Below the pieces are notes generated by a model. That model was not told where the DNA came from. It saw nothing but the letters and a program-made list of their open reading frames with translations, and did not search any database. Of a stretch of 64,000 bases of DNA, positions 36,901 to 50,632 are shown in pieces. The DNA is taken from positions 4,144,301 to 4,208,300 of the forward strand of contig NC_057759.1 in the NCBI RefSeq assembly GCF_004010195.1, written 5' to 3'. The stretch comes from Chiloscyllium plagiosum. Its lineage: Eukaryota. Every line of letters begins with the position of its first letter. Positions within the stretch are counted from its first letter, which is position 1. Both the position numbers and the translations under genes were made by a program.

Positions 36901-38430
36901 GCAGCTAAGCAGTTCAGTTCATACTGGAATCAAACAGAGACGTTCTGGTTGGATAGCCTATAGAATAATGGATATACAGAGTGAGTTATAGCCTGGATCT
37001 CATTGAGGGATTTAAAAACTTGTAAAGAAATACATCATGAGATGTAGTCTTGGACAGCATTTAATTCCCTTCCCTCATTGCTCCATCCGAAAATGATGGG
37101 GAGCTGCCTTCTTGAACCACTGCAGTCTGTGTGCTGTGTGGAAACCTTAGGAAAAGAGTTCTAGTGGATTTACACAGCGACACTGAAGTCACAGCAATAT
37201 ATTTTGGAGCTAGGTGATAAATGACTTGGAGAGGAACTTACTGGTATGATGTTCCCATGCTGCCCATCTCCTTTTAAATGTAAATAGTTGTGGTTTTGGA
37301 AAGTGCTGCATATGAGTTTCTGCAGAGCATCTCGTAAATAGTTGACAGCGCTGGTATTGAGCGTTGGTGGAAGAGAGAATGCCTATTTGTGAATGTCATG
37401 CCAAACAAGTAGGCTGCTTTGCCCATGATGGTGTTAAGCTTCTTGAATGTTGTTGGAGTTCCACCCATCCAGGCAAGTGGGGAGCATTCCACCATACACC
37501 CGTCTTATGCCTTGTAAATGGATAGACTTTGGAGAGTCAGGAAATGAATTGCACACTGCAATATTCATAGCCTGCACTTGCAGCCACAACATATTTAATG
37601 CTGGTTCAATTCAATTTCTGGTCAATGGTTATCCTCAGGATTGTAATAATGGAGATTCAGTGATGGTAACACCCTTGCATGTTAGATTGTATCTTATTCG
37701 AGACTATCATTGTCTGCCGTTTGTGTGGTACAGATGTTACTTGTCACTTTTCAGCGTAAGCCTGAAAATGTTTAGGTCTTGTTGCACTTGGACATGGATT
37801 GCTTCAGTGTCTGAAGAGTTATGATTGTTGTTGAATATTGTGCAATTATCAGCAAGCATCCCACTTCATACTGTCAGAGAATTGTAGATTCACTACTGTG
37901 TGGAAACAGGTCTTTCCCCCTCACAAGTCCACAACGACCGTCTGAAGAGGACCGACACAAACACATTGCTCATTATTCTACATTTACCCTGACTAATGCA
38001 CCTGACTTCTGATTTTAAAATGGAGGGAATCGCAATTATGAAACAGCTGAAGATGGTTGGGCCGAGAGCACTGCCCAGTGGAACTCCTGTCGACATGTCC
38101 TGGAGCTGAGATGACTGCCCTCCAAACAGCACATTCAACTACCCACGTACCAGTTAGGATGGTATCCAATAGACAGTTTGTCCCCTGACACTGATTGATT
38201 CCAGGTTTGCTAGAGGTCTTTCATGCCACACTCAGTGAAATGCGGCCGTGATGTCAAAGTCTGTCATTCTCACGTCACCTCTGGAATTCAGCTCTTTTGC
38301 TGATGCTCAATTAATAAGGTCAGCAATTGAGTAGCTCTGGCAGAACCCAAACTGGATGTCACTAAGCTGATTCTTGCTGAGAAGGTACTGCTTGATAACA
38401 CCGTTGATGACAACTTCCATTACTTTAGTG

Positions 38431-39526
38431 AGAAAGTGAGGACTGCAGATGCTGGAGATCAGAGCTGAAAATGTGTTGCTGGAAAAGCGCAGCAGGTCAG
38501 GCAGCATCCAAGGAACAGGAGAATCGACGTTTCGGGCATAAGCCCTTCTTCAGGAATGAGGAAAGTGTGTCCAGCAGCTAAGATAAAAGGTAGGGAGGAG
38601 GGACTTGGGGGAGGGGCTTTGGAAATGCGATAGGTGGAGGGAGGTCAAGGTGAGCGTGATAGGCCGGAGTGGGGTGGGGGCAGAGAGGTCAGGAAGATGA
38701 TTGCAGGTTACGAAGGCGGTGCTGAGTTCGAGGGATTTGACTGAGACAAGGTGGGGGGAGGGGAAATGAGGAAACTGGANNNNNNNNNNNNNNNNNNNNN
38801 NNNNNNNNNNNNNNNNNNNNNNNNNNNNNNNNNNNNNNNNNNNNNNNNNNNNNNNNNNNNNNNNNNNNNNNNNNNNNNNNNNNNNNNNNNNNNNNNNNNN
38901 NNNNNNNNNNNNNNNNNNNNNNNNNNNNNNNNNNNNNNNNNNNNNNNNNNNNNNNNNNNNNNNNNNNNNNNNNNNNNNNNNNNNNNNNNNNNNNNNNNNN
39001 NNNNNNNNNNNNNNNNNNNNNNNNNNNNNNNNNNNNNNNNNNNNNNNNNNNNNNNNNNNNNNNNNNNNNNNNNNNNNNNNNNNNNNNNNNNNNNNNNNNN
39101 NNNNNNNNNNNNNNNNNNNNNNNNNNNNNNNNNNNNNNNNNNNNNNNNNNNNNNNNNNNNNNNNNNNNNNNNNNNNNNNNNNNNNNNNNNNNCGTTGTAC
39201 ATGGAGGTTGGTGGGGTGGTAGTGAGGACCAGTGGGGTTCTCTCATGCTGGCGGTTGGAGGGGCGGGGCTCAAGGGTGGAGGAGCGGAAGTGGAAGAGAT
39301 GCAGTGGAGAGCATCGTCGACTACGTCTGTGGGGAAATTGCGGTCCTTGAAGAAGGAGGCATCTGGGTTGTACGGTTTTGGAACTGGTCCTCCTGGGAGA
39401 AGATCCGGCGGAGATGAAGAAATTGGGAATATGGGATGGCGTTTTTACAGGGGGCAGGGTGGGAGGAGGTGTAGTCTAGGTAGCTGTGGGAGTCGGTCGG
39501 TTTATAGTAAATGTGTCGATACGGTC
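38431..39526 (-). mobile_element. Penelope-like element 3' part with TSD ACTTTAGTG; gap 38780-39192
   Basis: Terminal repeat 38431-38560; AIPYSQF remnant ~39410-39445; direct repeat at 38422-38430 and 39527-39535. Confidence 0.88.
38526..38553 (-). ncRNA. Minimal hammerhead ribozyme, intact core (ACGU stem III variant)
   Basis: CUGAAGA-A-GGGC-uuau-GCCC-GAAA-CGUC. Confidence 0.8.
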
Positions 39527-39563
39527 ACTTTAGTGGTGATCGAGCCAAGACTGACGGGGATGT

Positions 39564-39868
39564 AGATTAGATTACATTACATTACAGTGTGGAAACAGGC
39601 CCTTCGGCCCAACATGTCCACACCGACCCGCCGAAGCGCAACCCACCCATACACCTTTACCTAACACTACGGGCAATTTAGCATGGCCAATTCACCTGAC
39701 CTGCACATCTTTGGACTGTGGGAGGAAACCGGAGCACCCGGAGCAAACCCACGCAGACACGGGGAGAATGTGCAAACTCCACACAGTCAGTCGCCTGAGG
39801 CGGGAATTGAACCCGGGTCTCAGGCGCTGTGAGGCAGCAGTGCTAACCACTGTGCCACAGTGCCGCCC
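39564..39868 (-). mobile_element. HE1-type SINE
   Basis: Full SINE sequence. Confidence 0.92.
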
Positions 39869-41099
39869 ATAACTTGAAGCATGTAATTGGCCTATAATCT
39901 GCGTTTTGTGTGCAGAACAATTCCACGCTGTCGGGTAGATGTCAGTGTCGTTCTAGAACAGTTTGGCTCGTGATGCTTCAAGTTGTGGAGCACAGGTCTT
40001 CAGTAATTGAATTGACTTGGTTGAAAACTGGTATATGTGATTCTGAGGACCACGGGAGAAGGGCAACATAGATCAACCATTTGTCACTTCTGGCTGGAGA
40101 TTGATGAAGATGCTTCAGCCTTATCTTTTGCCATGATGTGTTGGGGTCATGCATAATTGTATATGGAGATATTTCTGCAGCCTTTTCCTCCAATGTGTTA
40201 TTTGATTATCCAGCACCATTCACAACTGGATGTGAAAGAACTGCAGTGCTTAGATATAATCTGTTAATTGTGCGATCACATAACTCAACCCATCATTTGC
40301 TGGTGTTTGAAAAGCAGTCTTGTTTTCTATCTTCACTAGTTTGGCACTTCATCTTTAGATATTCTTGCTGCTGCTCCTGACTTGTCCTCCTACATAATCC
40401 TTTGAACCAGGATTGATTCCCTGGCTTGATGGTAATACTTGAATGGTGGATATGCTGGGTCATGCTGGAGTACAGTTTTGCTGTATATGGCCGATAGCGC
40501 CTCAGGAAAGTTCAATTTTAAATTGTGAGGTTTGTTTGAAGATTGTCCCATTTACTATAGTGATAGTGCCACACCACATGACGGAGATTATTCTCAAAGC
40601 TAAGGTGGAACGTTGTCTCCACCGGACTGTGCATTGGGCCCTCTTACTGTTACAGTCACAAACAGATGCATCAGCACCCGGCAGTAGGGTGAGCATAAAG
40701 TGAAGTATGTTTCTCCCTGTTGCTGGTTCCTCTTTCATCACTTGCTGCAGACGCATTCTCGCACCAATGTCATTGAAGGACCGACCAGCTCTGTTAGTCA
40801 CGCTGATACTGAGGCACACTTGGTGGTTGAAAATGATGTCCCCCACCTGAGGAGTGACTTTGCCTCTAATAGGGTGTTCACCTGATTGGTATTTAACACG
40901 CCTTAAATATCCAACTGGATGTGGATAAAGTTGCATTGAAGGATCCAACGAGCATTTATTCCAACTCCTTATTATGGACATAACACTACAATGCACAGGC
41001 ACATAGACGAGTGGACAATAGTAAGCTAGTAGATTAATATGGCCAATGCAGAATGAAATGGGAATAGATGCAATGTAAGGTAACTCTGAATTCTCTGCA

Positions 41100-41720
41100 T
41101 CAATTATTCATCAGACAGGTACAGCATGGAGTGAATTACAGAGTAAACACTCTTCTACTCTTTTAATGTAAAAGAAAAAGGAAAGTAAATCTCTCTTTAC
41201 ACTGTCTCCATTAACCATTTGCAGGGCAGGTACACCACACCTTTGAACAAATTAAAGCTCTCTCTACACTGTTCCCATCAAACACTCACAGAGCATGTAC
41301 AGCACGGATTTGACATAAAGTTTGCAGTGCTTTTATAAACTGAAAGTCAAGATCCTTTTCCTCTCTTAAATGAAAAGCATGGCTCCCTTGACACTGTCAC
41401 CAGGTAAAACTCCCAGGAAAGGGACAGAATAAGATCAACTATGCAGTAAAGTTTTCTCTACTCTTTTAAACTGTAGTTAAAGCTGCCTCTACTTTTCAAA
41501 TTGAAAAATCCCTCCCTATACTGTCCCTCCGAAACACTCCCAGAACAGGGGTAGCACTGCGTCAGATAGTACAGGGGAAAGCTCCTCTTCTATTTTAAAC
41601 TGAACGTCCCTGTATACTATCCCAATCAATTACTCGCTGGTCAGGTACAGCACAGGTCACATACAAAGCAATGCTTCCACTGCAATCTACTTGATATTCT
41701 CTCACTCTCTGTCTCAGATC
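41100..41720 (+). repeat. Degenerate tandem repeat (~65-bp unit: ctccctctacactgtccccatcaaacactcccagg-acaggtacagcac...)
   Basis: Recurring aaacactc/ggtacagcac/agtaaagct motifs. Confidence 0.7.
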
Positions 41721-41969
41721 AAAATCTCTTTTATATGTTGTTTGTAAGACAAAGAAAACGACAATACTCCCTGGGGCTATTGTATCCTGTCTACTGCTCA
41801 AAGCAGTGTGAGTAATCCACGAGATTGAGACAAGGAGGTGGAAGAGGCACACATCATTCCCTATGGAGAGGCTAGAAAGTGGGTGAGATTGAACGGTAAT
41901 GAAGGAGAGTTATAGTGAAGGGAGGTACAAAGAGAGAATGAAATTGGTTTGAACTAGGACAGTCAGTAA

Positions 41970-42110
41970 TGAGGGATTGCTGGTCTGTCGGAGGGTCAGG
42001 GCTGAGGGGTTGCTGCACTGTCTCGATGTCAGTACTGAAGGAGAGCTGCACTGTTGAAGGGCCAGAAATCAAGGAGGACGACGCTGTCGGAGGTTGCGGA
42101 TTGAGGGGCG
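41970..42110 (+). repeat. Degenerate ~33-bp tandem repeat (gagggagc..cactgtcggagggtcagtact)
   Basis: Four to five decayed units. Confidence 0.6.
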
Positions 42111-42149
42111 AACACTATGAGATCTTAGAATAATAGAAACGTACATTCC

Positions 42150-42472
42150 CAATGGTGTGGAAACAACAAGACCATACAGACCCTCTAAAGAGTGACTCAC
42201 CCAGACCCATTACTCCTACCCTATATTTACTCCTGACTAATGCACCTAACCTACACATCCCTGTTGAACACTATGGGCAACTTAGCATTGCCAGTTCATC
42301 TAACCTGCACATCTTTGAACAGTGGGATGAAACCGGAGCACCCTGACGAAACCCACGCAGATACAGACAAAATTTGCAAACTCCACACAGACAGTCACCC
42401 AAGGTTGGAAACAAATCAAGTTCCCTTACGCTGTGAGACAGCAGTGCCAACCTCTGAGCCACTGTGCTGCCG
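42150..42472 (-). mobile_element. Old HE1-related SINE
   Basis: Diverged head and core. Confidence 0.8.
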
Positions 42473-42671
42473 AGATACGTAGAGTCCCTTCGCACTGGTG
42501 CAGTGAGTCAGGACTGTCTGCCGGCGAAATGACGCACTGCAGAAATTCACCAAGGTTTCTTTCGACAACACCCTCCAAAGCCACAACCACTTCTACCCAG
42601 AAGGACAAGGGCAGCAGATACGTCGGAATCTCTGGCCCCTGTAATTTCCCTTCAAAACGCTCGCCATCCCG

Positions 42672-43783
42672 ACTTGGAAATTTGTTGCTGTTCCTTCAGA
42701 ATCTCTGAGCAAAAATCTTCAACTCCATGGAATTGGAGAGACAGTTAGAAGCGATGGGGAATTTGCAACAGTATGTGATGGATGACAGTTATAGGAAGGG
42801 GGGCAAGTCTCAGAGAGAGTCACATAGATGGGTTAACTCCAGGAAAAGTAAGAGACGTAGGCACCTAGGACAGGAGTCTTTTATGGATATACCCATTTCA
42901 AACATCCATGCTGTTTTGTAAAATGTAGGGGGTGATAAATTCTCAGGGGAAAGTAACACGAACAGTCAAGTTTCTGGTATTGAGACTGGCTCTAATGCAA
43001 CGGGGGATACATCAGCTTCCAAGAGGTCAATTGTGTTAGGATATTCTTTAGTCCGAGATACAGACAGACGTTTCTGTGGCCAGCAATGAAAAAGCAGAAC
43101 GATGTGTTGCTTCTTTGGTGCCAGGAACAAGGATGTGTCAGAGAGGGTGCAGAATGTTCCCATGGGGGAGAGGGTCCAGCAAGAGGTCATTGTCCACATT
43201 GGAACCAACCATAGCCGAAGGGAAGAAACTTGGAAATTTGTTGCTGTTCCTTCAGAATCTCTGAGCAAAAATCTTCAATTCCATGGAATTGGAGAGACAG
43301 TTAGAAGCGATGGGGAATTTGCAACAGTATGTGATGGATGACAGTTATAGGAAGGCGGGCATGTCTCAGAGAGAGTCACATAGATGGGTTAACTCCAGGA
43401 AAAGTAAGAGAGGTAGGCAACTAGGACAGGAGTCTTTTGTGGATATACCCATTTCAAACATGCATGCTGTTTTGTAAAATGTAGGGGGTGATAAATTCTT
43501 AGGGGAAAGTAACACGAACAGCCAAGTTTCTGGTATTGAGGCTGGCTCTAATGCAACGGGGGATACGTCAGCTTCCAAGAGGTCAATTGTGTTAGGAGAT
43601 TCTTTAGTCCGAGATACAGACAGACGTTTCTGTGGCCATCAGTGAAAAAGCAGAACGATGTGTTGCTTCTTTGGTGCCAGGAACAAGGATGTGTCAGAGA
43701 GGGTGCAGAATGTTCCCATGGGGGAGAGGGGCCAGCAAGAGGTCATTGTCCACATTGGAACCAACCATAGCCGAAGGGAAGAA
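42672..43783 (+). repeat. 556-bp tandem duplication at the CR1 5' junction
   Basis: Units start at 42672 and 43228. Confidence 0.92.
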
Positions 43784-46700
43784 GTTGAGATTCTGTAGGG
43801 AGATTACAGAGCATTAGGCAGAAATTTAAAAAGGTGGTCCTTAAGGATAGTAATATCTGGATTACTCCCAGTGCTATGAGCTAGAGAGGGCAGGACGAGG
43901 AGGATAGAGCAGATGAATGCATGGCTGAAGAGCTGGTGTACGGGAGAAGGATTCACATTTTTGGATCATTGGAATCTTTTTTGGGGGTAGAAGCGACCTG
44001 TACAATAATGATGGATTACACCTAAATTGGAAGGGGACTAATATACTGGCAGGAACATTTGCTAGAACTGGTCGGGAAGATTTAAACTAATAAGGTGGGG
44101 GGAAGGGGGATCAAGGGAGATAGTGAGGAAAGAGATCAACCTGAGACTGGTACAGTTAAGAAGAGAAGCGAGTCAAACAGTCAGGGAAAGCAGGGACAAG
44201 GTAGGACTAATAAATTAAACTGCACTTATTTCAATGCAAGGGGTCGAACAGGGAAAGCAGATGAACTCAGGGCACGGTTAGGAACATGGGACTGGGATAT
44301 CATAGCAATTATAGAAACATGGCTCAGGATTGGGCAGGACTGGCAGCTTAATGTTCCAGAATATAACTGTTACAGGAAAGATAGAAAGGGAGGCAAGAGA
44401 GAAAAGGGGAATGGCATTTTTGATAGGAGATAACATTACAACGGTGCTGAGGGAGGACACTCCCGGAAATGCATCCGGGGAAGTTATTTGGGTGGAACTG
44501 AGAAATAAGAAAGAGCTGCTCACCTTATGGAGATTGTACTATAGTCAGAGGGAAATTGAGAAACAAACTTGCAAGGAGATCTCAGCTAACCGTAAGAATA
44601 ATAGGGTGGTTATGGTAGGGGATTTCAACTTTCCAAACGTAGACTGGGCCTGCCATAATGTGAAAAATTTAGATGGAGAGGAATTTGTGAAGTGCGTACA
44701 AGAAAATTTTCTGATCAGTATATGGATGTACCTACTTGAGAAAGTGCAAAACTTGAACTACTCTTGGGAAATAAGGCAGGGCAGGTGACTAAGGTGTCAG
44801 TGGGGGAGCACTTTAGGTCCAGCGATCATAATTCTATTAGTTCTAAAATAGTGATGGTAAAGGATAGACCAGATCTAAAAGCTAAAGTTCTAAATTGAAG
44901 AAAGGTAAATTTTGACGGTATTAGGCAAGAACTTACGAAAGCTGATTGGAGGCAGATGTTCGCAGGTAAAGGGACAGCTGGAAAATAGGAAGCCTTCAGA
45001 AATGAGATAACGAGAATCCAGAAAAAGTATATTCCTGTCAGGGTGAAAGGAAAGGCTGGTAGGTATAGGGAATGCTGTATGACCAAAGACATTGAGGGTT
45101 TGGTTAAGAAAAAGAAGGAAGCATATGTCAGGTATAGACAGGATAGATAGAGTGAATCCTTAGAAGAGTATAAAGGAAGTAGTAGTATACTTAAGATGGA
45201 AATCAGGAGGGCAAAAGGGGGACATGAGATAGCTTTGGCAAATAGAATTAAGGAGAATCCAAAGGATTTTAACAAATACATTAAGGAAAAAAGGGTAACT
45301 CGGGAGAGAACAGGGCCTCTCAAAGATCAGCAAGGTGGCTTTTGTGTGGAGCTACAGAAAATGGGGGAGATACTAAATGAGTATTTTGCATCATTATTTA
45401 CTGTGGAAAAGGATATGGAAGATATAGGCAGTAGGGAAATCGATGGTGACATCTTGCAAAATATCCACATTAAGGACGAGGAAGTGCTGGATGTCTTGAA
45501 ACGTTTAAAGGTGGATAAATCCCCAGGACCTGATCAGGTGTGCCGAGAAATCTGTGGGAAGCTAGAGAAGTGATTGCTGGACCGCTTGGTGAGATATTTG
45601 TATCATCGATAGTCTCAGGTGACGTGCCGGAAGACTGGAAGTTGGCAAACGTGGTGCCACTGTTTGAGAAACGCGGTAAGGCCAAGCCAGGGAACTATAG
45701 ACTGGTGAGCCTGACCTCGGTGGTGGGCAAATTGTTGGAGGGAATCCTGAGGGACAGGGTCTACATGCATTTGGAGAGACAAGGACTGATTCGGGATAGT
45801 CAACATGGCTTTGTGCGAGGGAAATCATGTCTCACAAACTTGATTGAGTTTTTGAATAATTAACAAAGAGGTTTGATGATGGCAGAGCAGTAGATGTTAT
45901 CTATATGGACTTCAGTAAGGCGTTCAATAAGGTTCCCCATGGGAGATTGATTAGTAAGGTTAGATCTCATGGATACAGAGAGAACTAGCCATTTGGATAC
46001 AGAACTGGCTCAAAGGTAAAAGGCAGAGGGTGGAGGTGGAGGGTTCTTTTTCAGATTGGAGGCCTGTGACCAGTAGAGTGCCACAAGAATCGGTGCTGGG
46101 TCTTCTACGTTCTGTCATTTACGTAAATGATTTGGATGCGAGCATAAGAGGTACAGTTAGTAAGTTTGCAGATGACACCAAAATTGGAGATGTAGTGGAC
46201 AGCGAAGAGGGTTACCTCAGATTACAACAGGATCTTGGCCAGATGGGCCAATGGGCTGAGAAGTGGCAGATGGAGTTTAATTCAGATAAATGTGAGGTGT
46301 TGCTTTTTGCGAAAGCAAATCTTAGCAGGACTTGTACACTTAATGGTAAGGTCCTTAGGAGTGTTGCTGAACAAAGAGACCTTGGAGTGCAGGTTCATAG
46401 CTCCTTGAATGTGGATTCGCAGGTAGATAGGATAGTGAAGAAGGCGTTTGGTACGCTTTCCTTTATTGGTCAGAGCATTGAGTACAGGAGTTGGGAGGAC
46501 ATGTTGCGGCTGTACAGGACATTGGTTGGACCACTTTTGGAATAGTGCATGCAGTTCTGGTCTCCTTCATATCGGAAAGATGTTGTGAAACTTGAAAGAG
46601 TTAAGAAAATATTTACAAGGATGTTGCCAGGGTTGGAGATTTGAGCTATAGGAAGAGGCCGAACAGGCTGGGTCTGTTTTCCCTGGAGCATCGGAGGCTG

Positions 46701-47089
46701 AGTGGTAACCTTATAGAGGTTTATAAAATCATGAAGGACATGGATAGGATAAATAGGCAAAGTATTTTCCCTGGGGTGAGGGAGTCCAGAACTAGAGGGC
46801 ATAGGTTTAAGGTGAGAGGGGAAAGATATAAAAGAGACCTAAGGGACAACGTTTTCACGCAGAGGGTGGTACATGTATGGAATGAGCTGCCAGATGAAGT
46901 GGTGGAGGCTGGTACAATTGCAACATTTAAAAGTCATTTGGATGGGTATATGAATAGGAAGGAGTTGGAAGGATATGGGCAGTGTGCTGGCAGTGGGACT
47001 AGATTGGGTTGGGACATCTGGTCGGCATGGACGGGTTGGATCCTAAGGTCTGTTTCAATGCTGCACATCTCTATGACTCTATGACTCTA
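42735..47089 (+). mobile_element. Long CR1 LINE (ORF1 esterase part, ORF2 EN-RT), disrupted
   Basis: HIGTN, YFNAR, IETW, GDFN, NYRLVSLTS, QHGF, KFADD motifs; (ctatgact)n tail. Confidence 0.95.
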
Positions 47090-47519
47090 ACTGAGTGTAG
47101 AGAGGCATCAAATAGTTTTGGTTGTGAATGGAAGTTGTGAATATGGATCAGATATTTGCATTAGCCTAGATGTTGTATTTAATTGTATGGAAAGTTAACA
47201 GGAGAATGGAATTTATTTGGGCGAGGTATTGAAGGGTTCGAGAATTTAGGAAGTTATTAAGCCGTGGTAAGCGTGGAATTGCATGTTTGAAAATTAAAGG
47301 TTATAAGGACTGAGAGGGAGGGTGGGATTCGACTGCTTGGGATCGCATATGCTCTGGAGATTGAGTGGGCAAAGTGGGATTAGGGTTTATCAGACCCAGG
47401 GTGGAAGTGGTAGAATCCATTGCGTTCCCACAATTGATTGTTTCACAATCATGCATGCTCCATTAGACTGACCTATTCCCTTCTCCCCTCTCAGAAACAC
47501 CCACACTCACTAATGTTCC

Positions 47520-47910
47520 TGCCCTCTAACCTGAAGACAGGGGGAGATTATTTGTTCTGAGAGGAGTCTGACTCTCATATTGACAAGAGGATACATAGAG
47601 GTTGAATAATCCGAATTCATAAGCGTCGTCACCATCCATGGATCCAGACACACCTTCCAGGTGCAGCAGTGATCTACCTGCACTTCGCTTATACTGTATT
47701 TGCTGCTCACATTAAAGTTTTCTCCACACTGAGGAAACGAAACACAGATTGGTCGACTGCTTTGTGGAATACATACATTCTGTCAATAAAATTCATCCCA
47801 AGCTTCCAGTTGCGTTTTCCATCAAACACCCACCGTGTTCCATCCTGACGTACATCTCAATGGATTGCCGCAGTGCTACAGAGAATCTCATAGCAAGCTG
47901 GAAAAACAGC
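47520..47910 (+). mobile_element. Old Penelope GIY-YIG remnant
   Basis: caccatccatggatccagacacaccttccaggtg...gaggaaacgaaacacagattgg resembles the endonuclease region at 5260-5400. Confidence 0.55.
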
Positions 47911-47917
47911 AGCTCAC

Positions 47918-48670
47918 GGAGTCATACAGACAGAATACATTGAAACAGACTCTATGGCCCTACCAGTCCATGCTGATTATAATCCCAATATAAACTTGTC
48001 CCACCTGCCTGCTCCTGGCTCATATCCTTCCAAACCTGTTTTAGTCATCGATACGTCTTCCAAACATTGGAACTGTACCCGCATCCAGCACTTCCTCAGC
48101 AAGTTCACTTCACATGTGAACCATTCTTTGTGTAAAGACTTTGTCATTTTTTATAAATCTTTCTCCTCTCACATTAAAAATGCGCTCCTTCATCTTGAAG
48201 TCCCCCATCGTAGGGAAAAGACGCCGACCATTAATCCTATCAACACCCGTCATGATTATATAAACTCTATAAGGTCATCTCTCAACTTCCTTTGTTCCAG
48301 TGAAAAACAATTACTGGACAATCTTTCCATTCCTGGCAGCATCCTCGCATAATTCTTCCAATCCCTCTTCAGCAAATAATAAACTCCCTGTAACTTGGAA
48401 TCCAGAATTGGGCACACTACCCTGGAAGAGGTCTCACCAATGTTCTGTACAACCTCAACACGACGTTCCACCTCCTAAACTCAAAGAGGTGAGAAATGAT
48501 GACAAGCGTGCTAAGGCCTTTTAAATCAGCATGTCTATATGTGATGCCAGCTTCGAAGAATTATGTACCTGTACTCCAAGGTCCCTCTGTTTTTCAAAGC
48601 AACGGAATGAACTACCATTAATTGTGTAAGTTCTACACTTGTTTGCCATACCAAAACGTAATGCTTTGCT
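47918..48670 (-). mobile_element. CR1 3' fragment
   Basis: ARMLPGME..FSLEQRKLRDDLIE motif. Confidence 0.8.
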
Positions 48671-49109
48671 TGAAGATCCTGAAACATTCAGGACTTAATA
48701 TCAAGTTTTACAATTTCCGAGGCTGATACACTTCCTTTCATGTTATTTACCAGGCCCCCACACGTCAGAACTGTCACGACATCGGATGCCTTCAGCACAG
48801 CTGACCAATTCTCAGTCACCCATTGCCCACACTATCAGCTTTTACTCTTCCAAAGGCTGACTTTTTTTGCCTTTGTACATTACAAATATGCTCGCTGTTT
48901 CGGTTTTGTCACTGACTTACTTGTCAGCCCTTGTCCCCTCCCCCTCCCACGAGCAAACCAGACTTGCTGAGTACCTTCAGCAGTTCCTTCTCTTGTTTCA
49001 GAACTTCAACATCCCTATTTCGCAGTAGGATGCTATTGGATTGTCTATTCTGGAAAGATTAGTGCTGCAAGATCAATTCTCAAGATTATATATCAGTACA
49101 TTGATAAAG

Positions 49110-50168
49110 TCTTTCTACGGGTATATCAGAAATAAACAAAATGACAAGAATTAGATTAGCGCCAATCAAGTACCGTAGTGAGAAGTGGTGCATGGAGTAA
49201 GAGGAGATAGGAAAAGTGCTAATTGAATATTTTTCGTCACATTCTCACTAAAAAAAGAAAATGTTGTTGTGGAGAATACTGACATAAAAGCTACTAAGCT
49301 AGATGGGATCGAGGTTCACAAGGAAGAGGTGTTAGCAATTCTGGAAAGTGTGAAAATAGAGAAAGCCCTTGGGTCGGATAGGATTTGTCCTAGGATTCTC
49401 TGAGAAGCCAGGGAGGAGATTGCCTAGCCTTTTGCTTAGATCTTTGTGTCGGCATTGTCTACAGGAATAGTGCCAGAAGATTGGAGCACAGAAAATGTTT
49501 CCTTGTTAAATAAGGGTAGTAGAGACAACTTTGGTAATTATAGACTAGTGAGCCTCACCTCGGTTGTGGGTAAAGTGTTGGAAAGCGTTATAAGATGTAG
49601 GATTTATTACCATCTAGATAGAAATAAGTTAATTAGCGATAGTCAACAAGGTTTTCTGTAGGGTAGGTCGTACTGCACAAACCTTACTGAGTTCTTTGAG
49701 AAGGTGACCAAACAGTTGTGGTTGATGTGTTGGATATGGACTTCAGTAAGGCGTTTCATAAGCTTCCGCACAGTAGGTTATTGCACAAAATACGGAGCCA
49801 TGGGATTGAAGGTGAGTTAGTGGTTTGGATTAGAAATTGGCTAGCAGAAACAAGACTGAGGGTGTTGGTTGATGGCAAATGTTCATCCTACGTTCCGTTA
49901 CTATCACCAGGGACACAGCTTGAGGGGTTATGGATATATGACAGATGTCAGAGGTACTTTCTTTACTCAGAGAGTAGTGGGAACGTGGAACGCACTGCCT
50001 GCAGCAGTAGAAGACTCACCAACTTTAAGGACATTTAAATGGTCATTGGATAACATGTGGACGAGAATGGAATAGTATAGGTTAGATGGGTTTCAGATTG
50101 GTTTCACAGGTCGGCGCAATATCAAGGTCTGAAGGGCCTCTACTGCTCTGTAATGATCTATGTTCTAT
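49110..50168 (+). mobile_element. CR1 fragment with internal deletion
   Basis: NYRLVSLTS, DMDFSKAF, FFTQRVV motifs; ctatgttct tail. Confidence 0.85.
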
Positions 50169-50632
50169 ACAGGTATTTATGGTAAAATGCAATGGTTGTT
50201 TTCCTCTGTTTATTGGTGAGGGACAGAATCAAATCATCTGGTTCAGTTTCATCCTTTCAGTAAGGAAATCTGCTCTCCATACTTTGTCTAATCTCTCTAT
50301 CCCTGAGGATTTGAAATTTTTATGAATTTTCTACTTTGCTCAGAGATTGCACACATCTGGGGCAGGTGGGGCTTGAACACACGCCTTCTAGCTCATACGC
50401 ACGCATGCTACCATTGTGTCATAGAGCATTTCTTTAAATTTCACACTCAACTGCACGTTTAGGGGTTAGATGGAAATTATGGCTTCGCCAGTGACACACT
50501 TTCATATGTGGTGCATAAACGAAATGATATCGTTTTAAAATGGATGCTGGTAATTAATTTCTAATAAATTTCCATGTACTCAAACACCAGCAAGGATTTA
50601 AATACTATTAATCCTTTTGCTAATTCACCGTG

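Larger units (their letters stand above)
37060..40890 (-). mobile_element. Long decayed CR1/L2-group LINE with nested SINE, Penelope and HE1 insertions
   Basis: GVPLGSALGPTIFSCF, QFGF, VECSPLAW motifs; endonuclease remnant near 40800. Confidence 0.8.
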
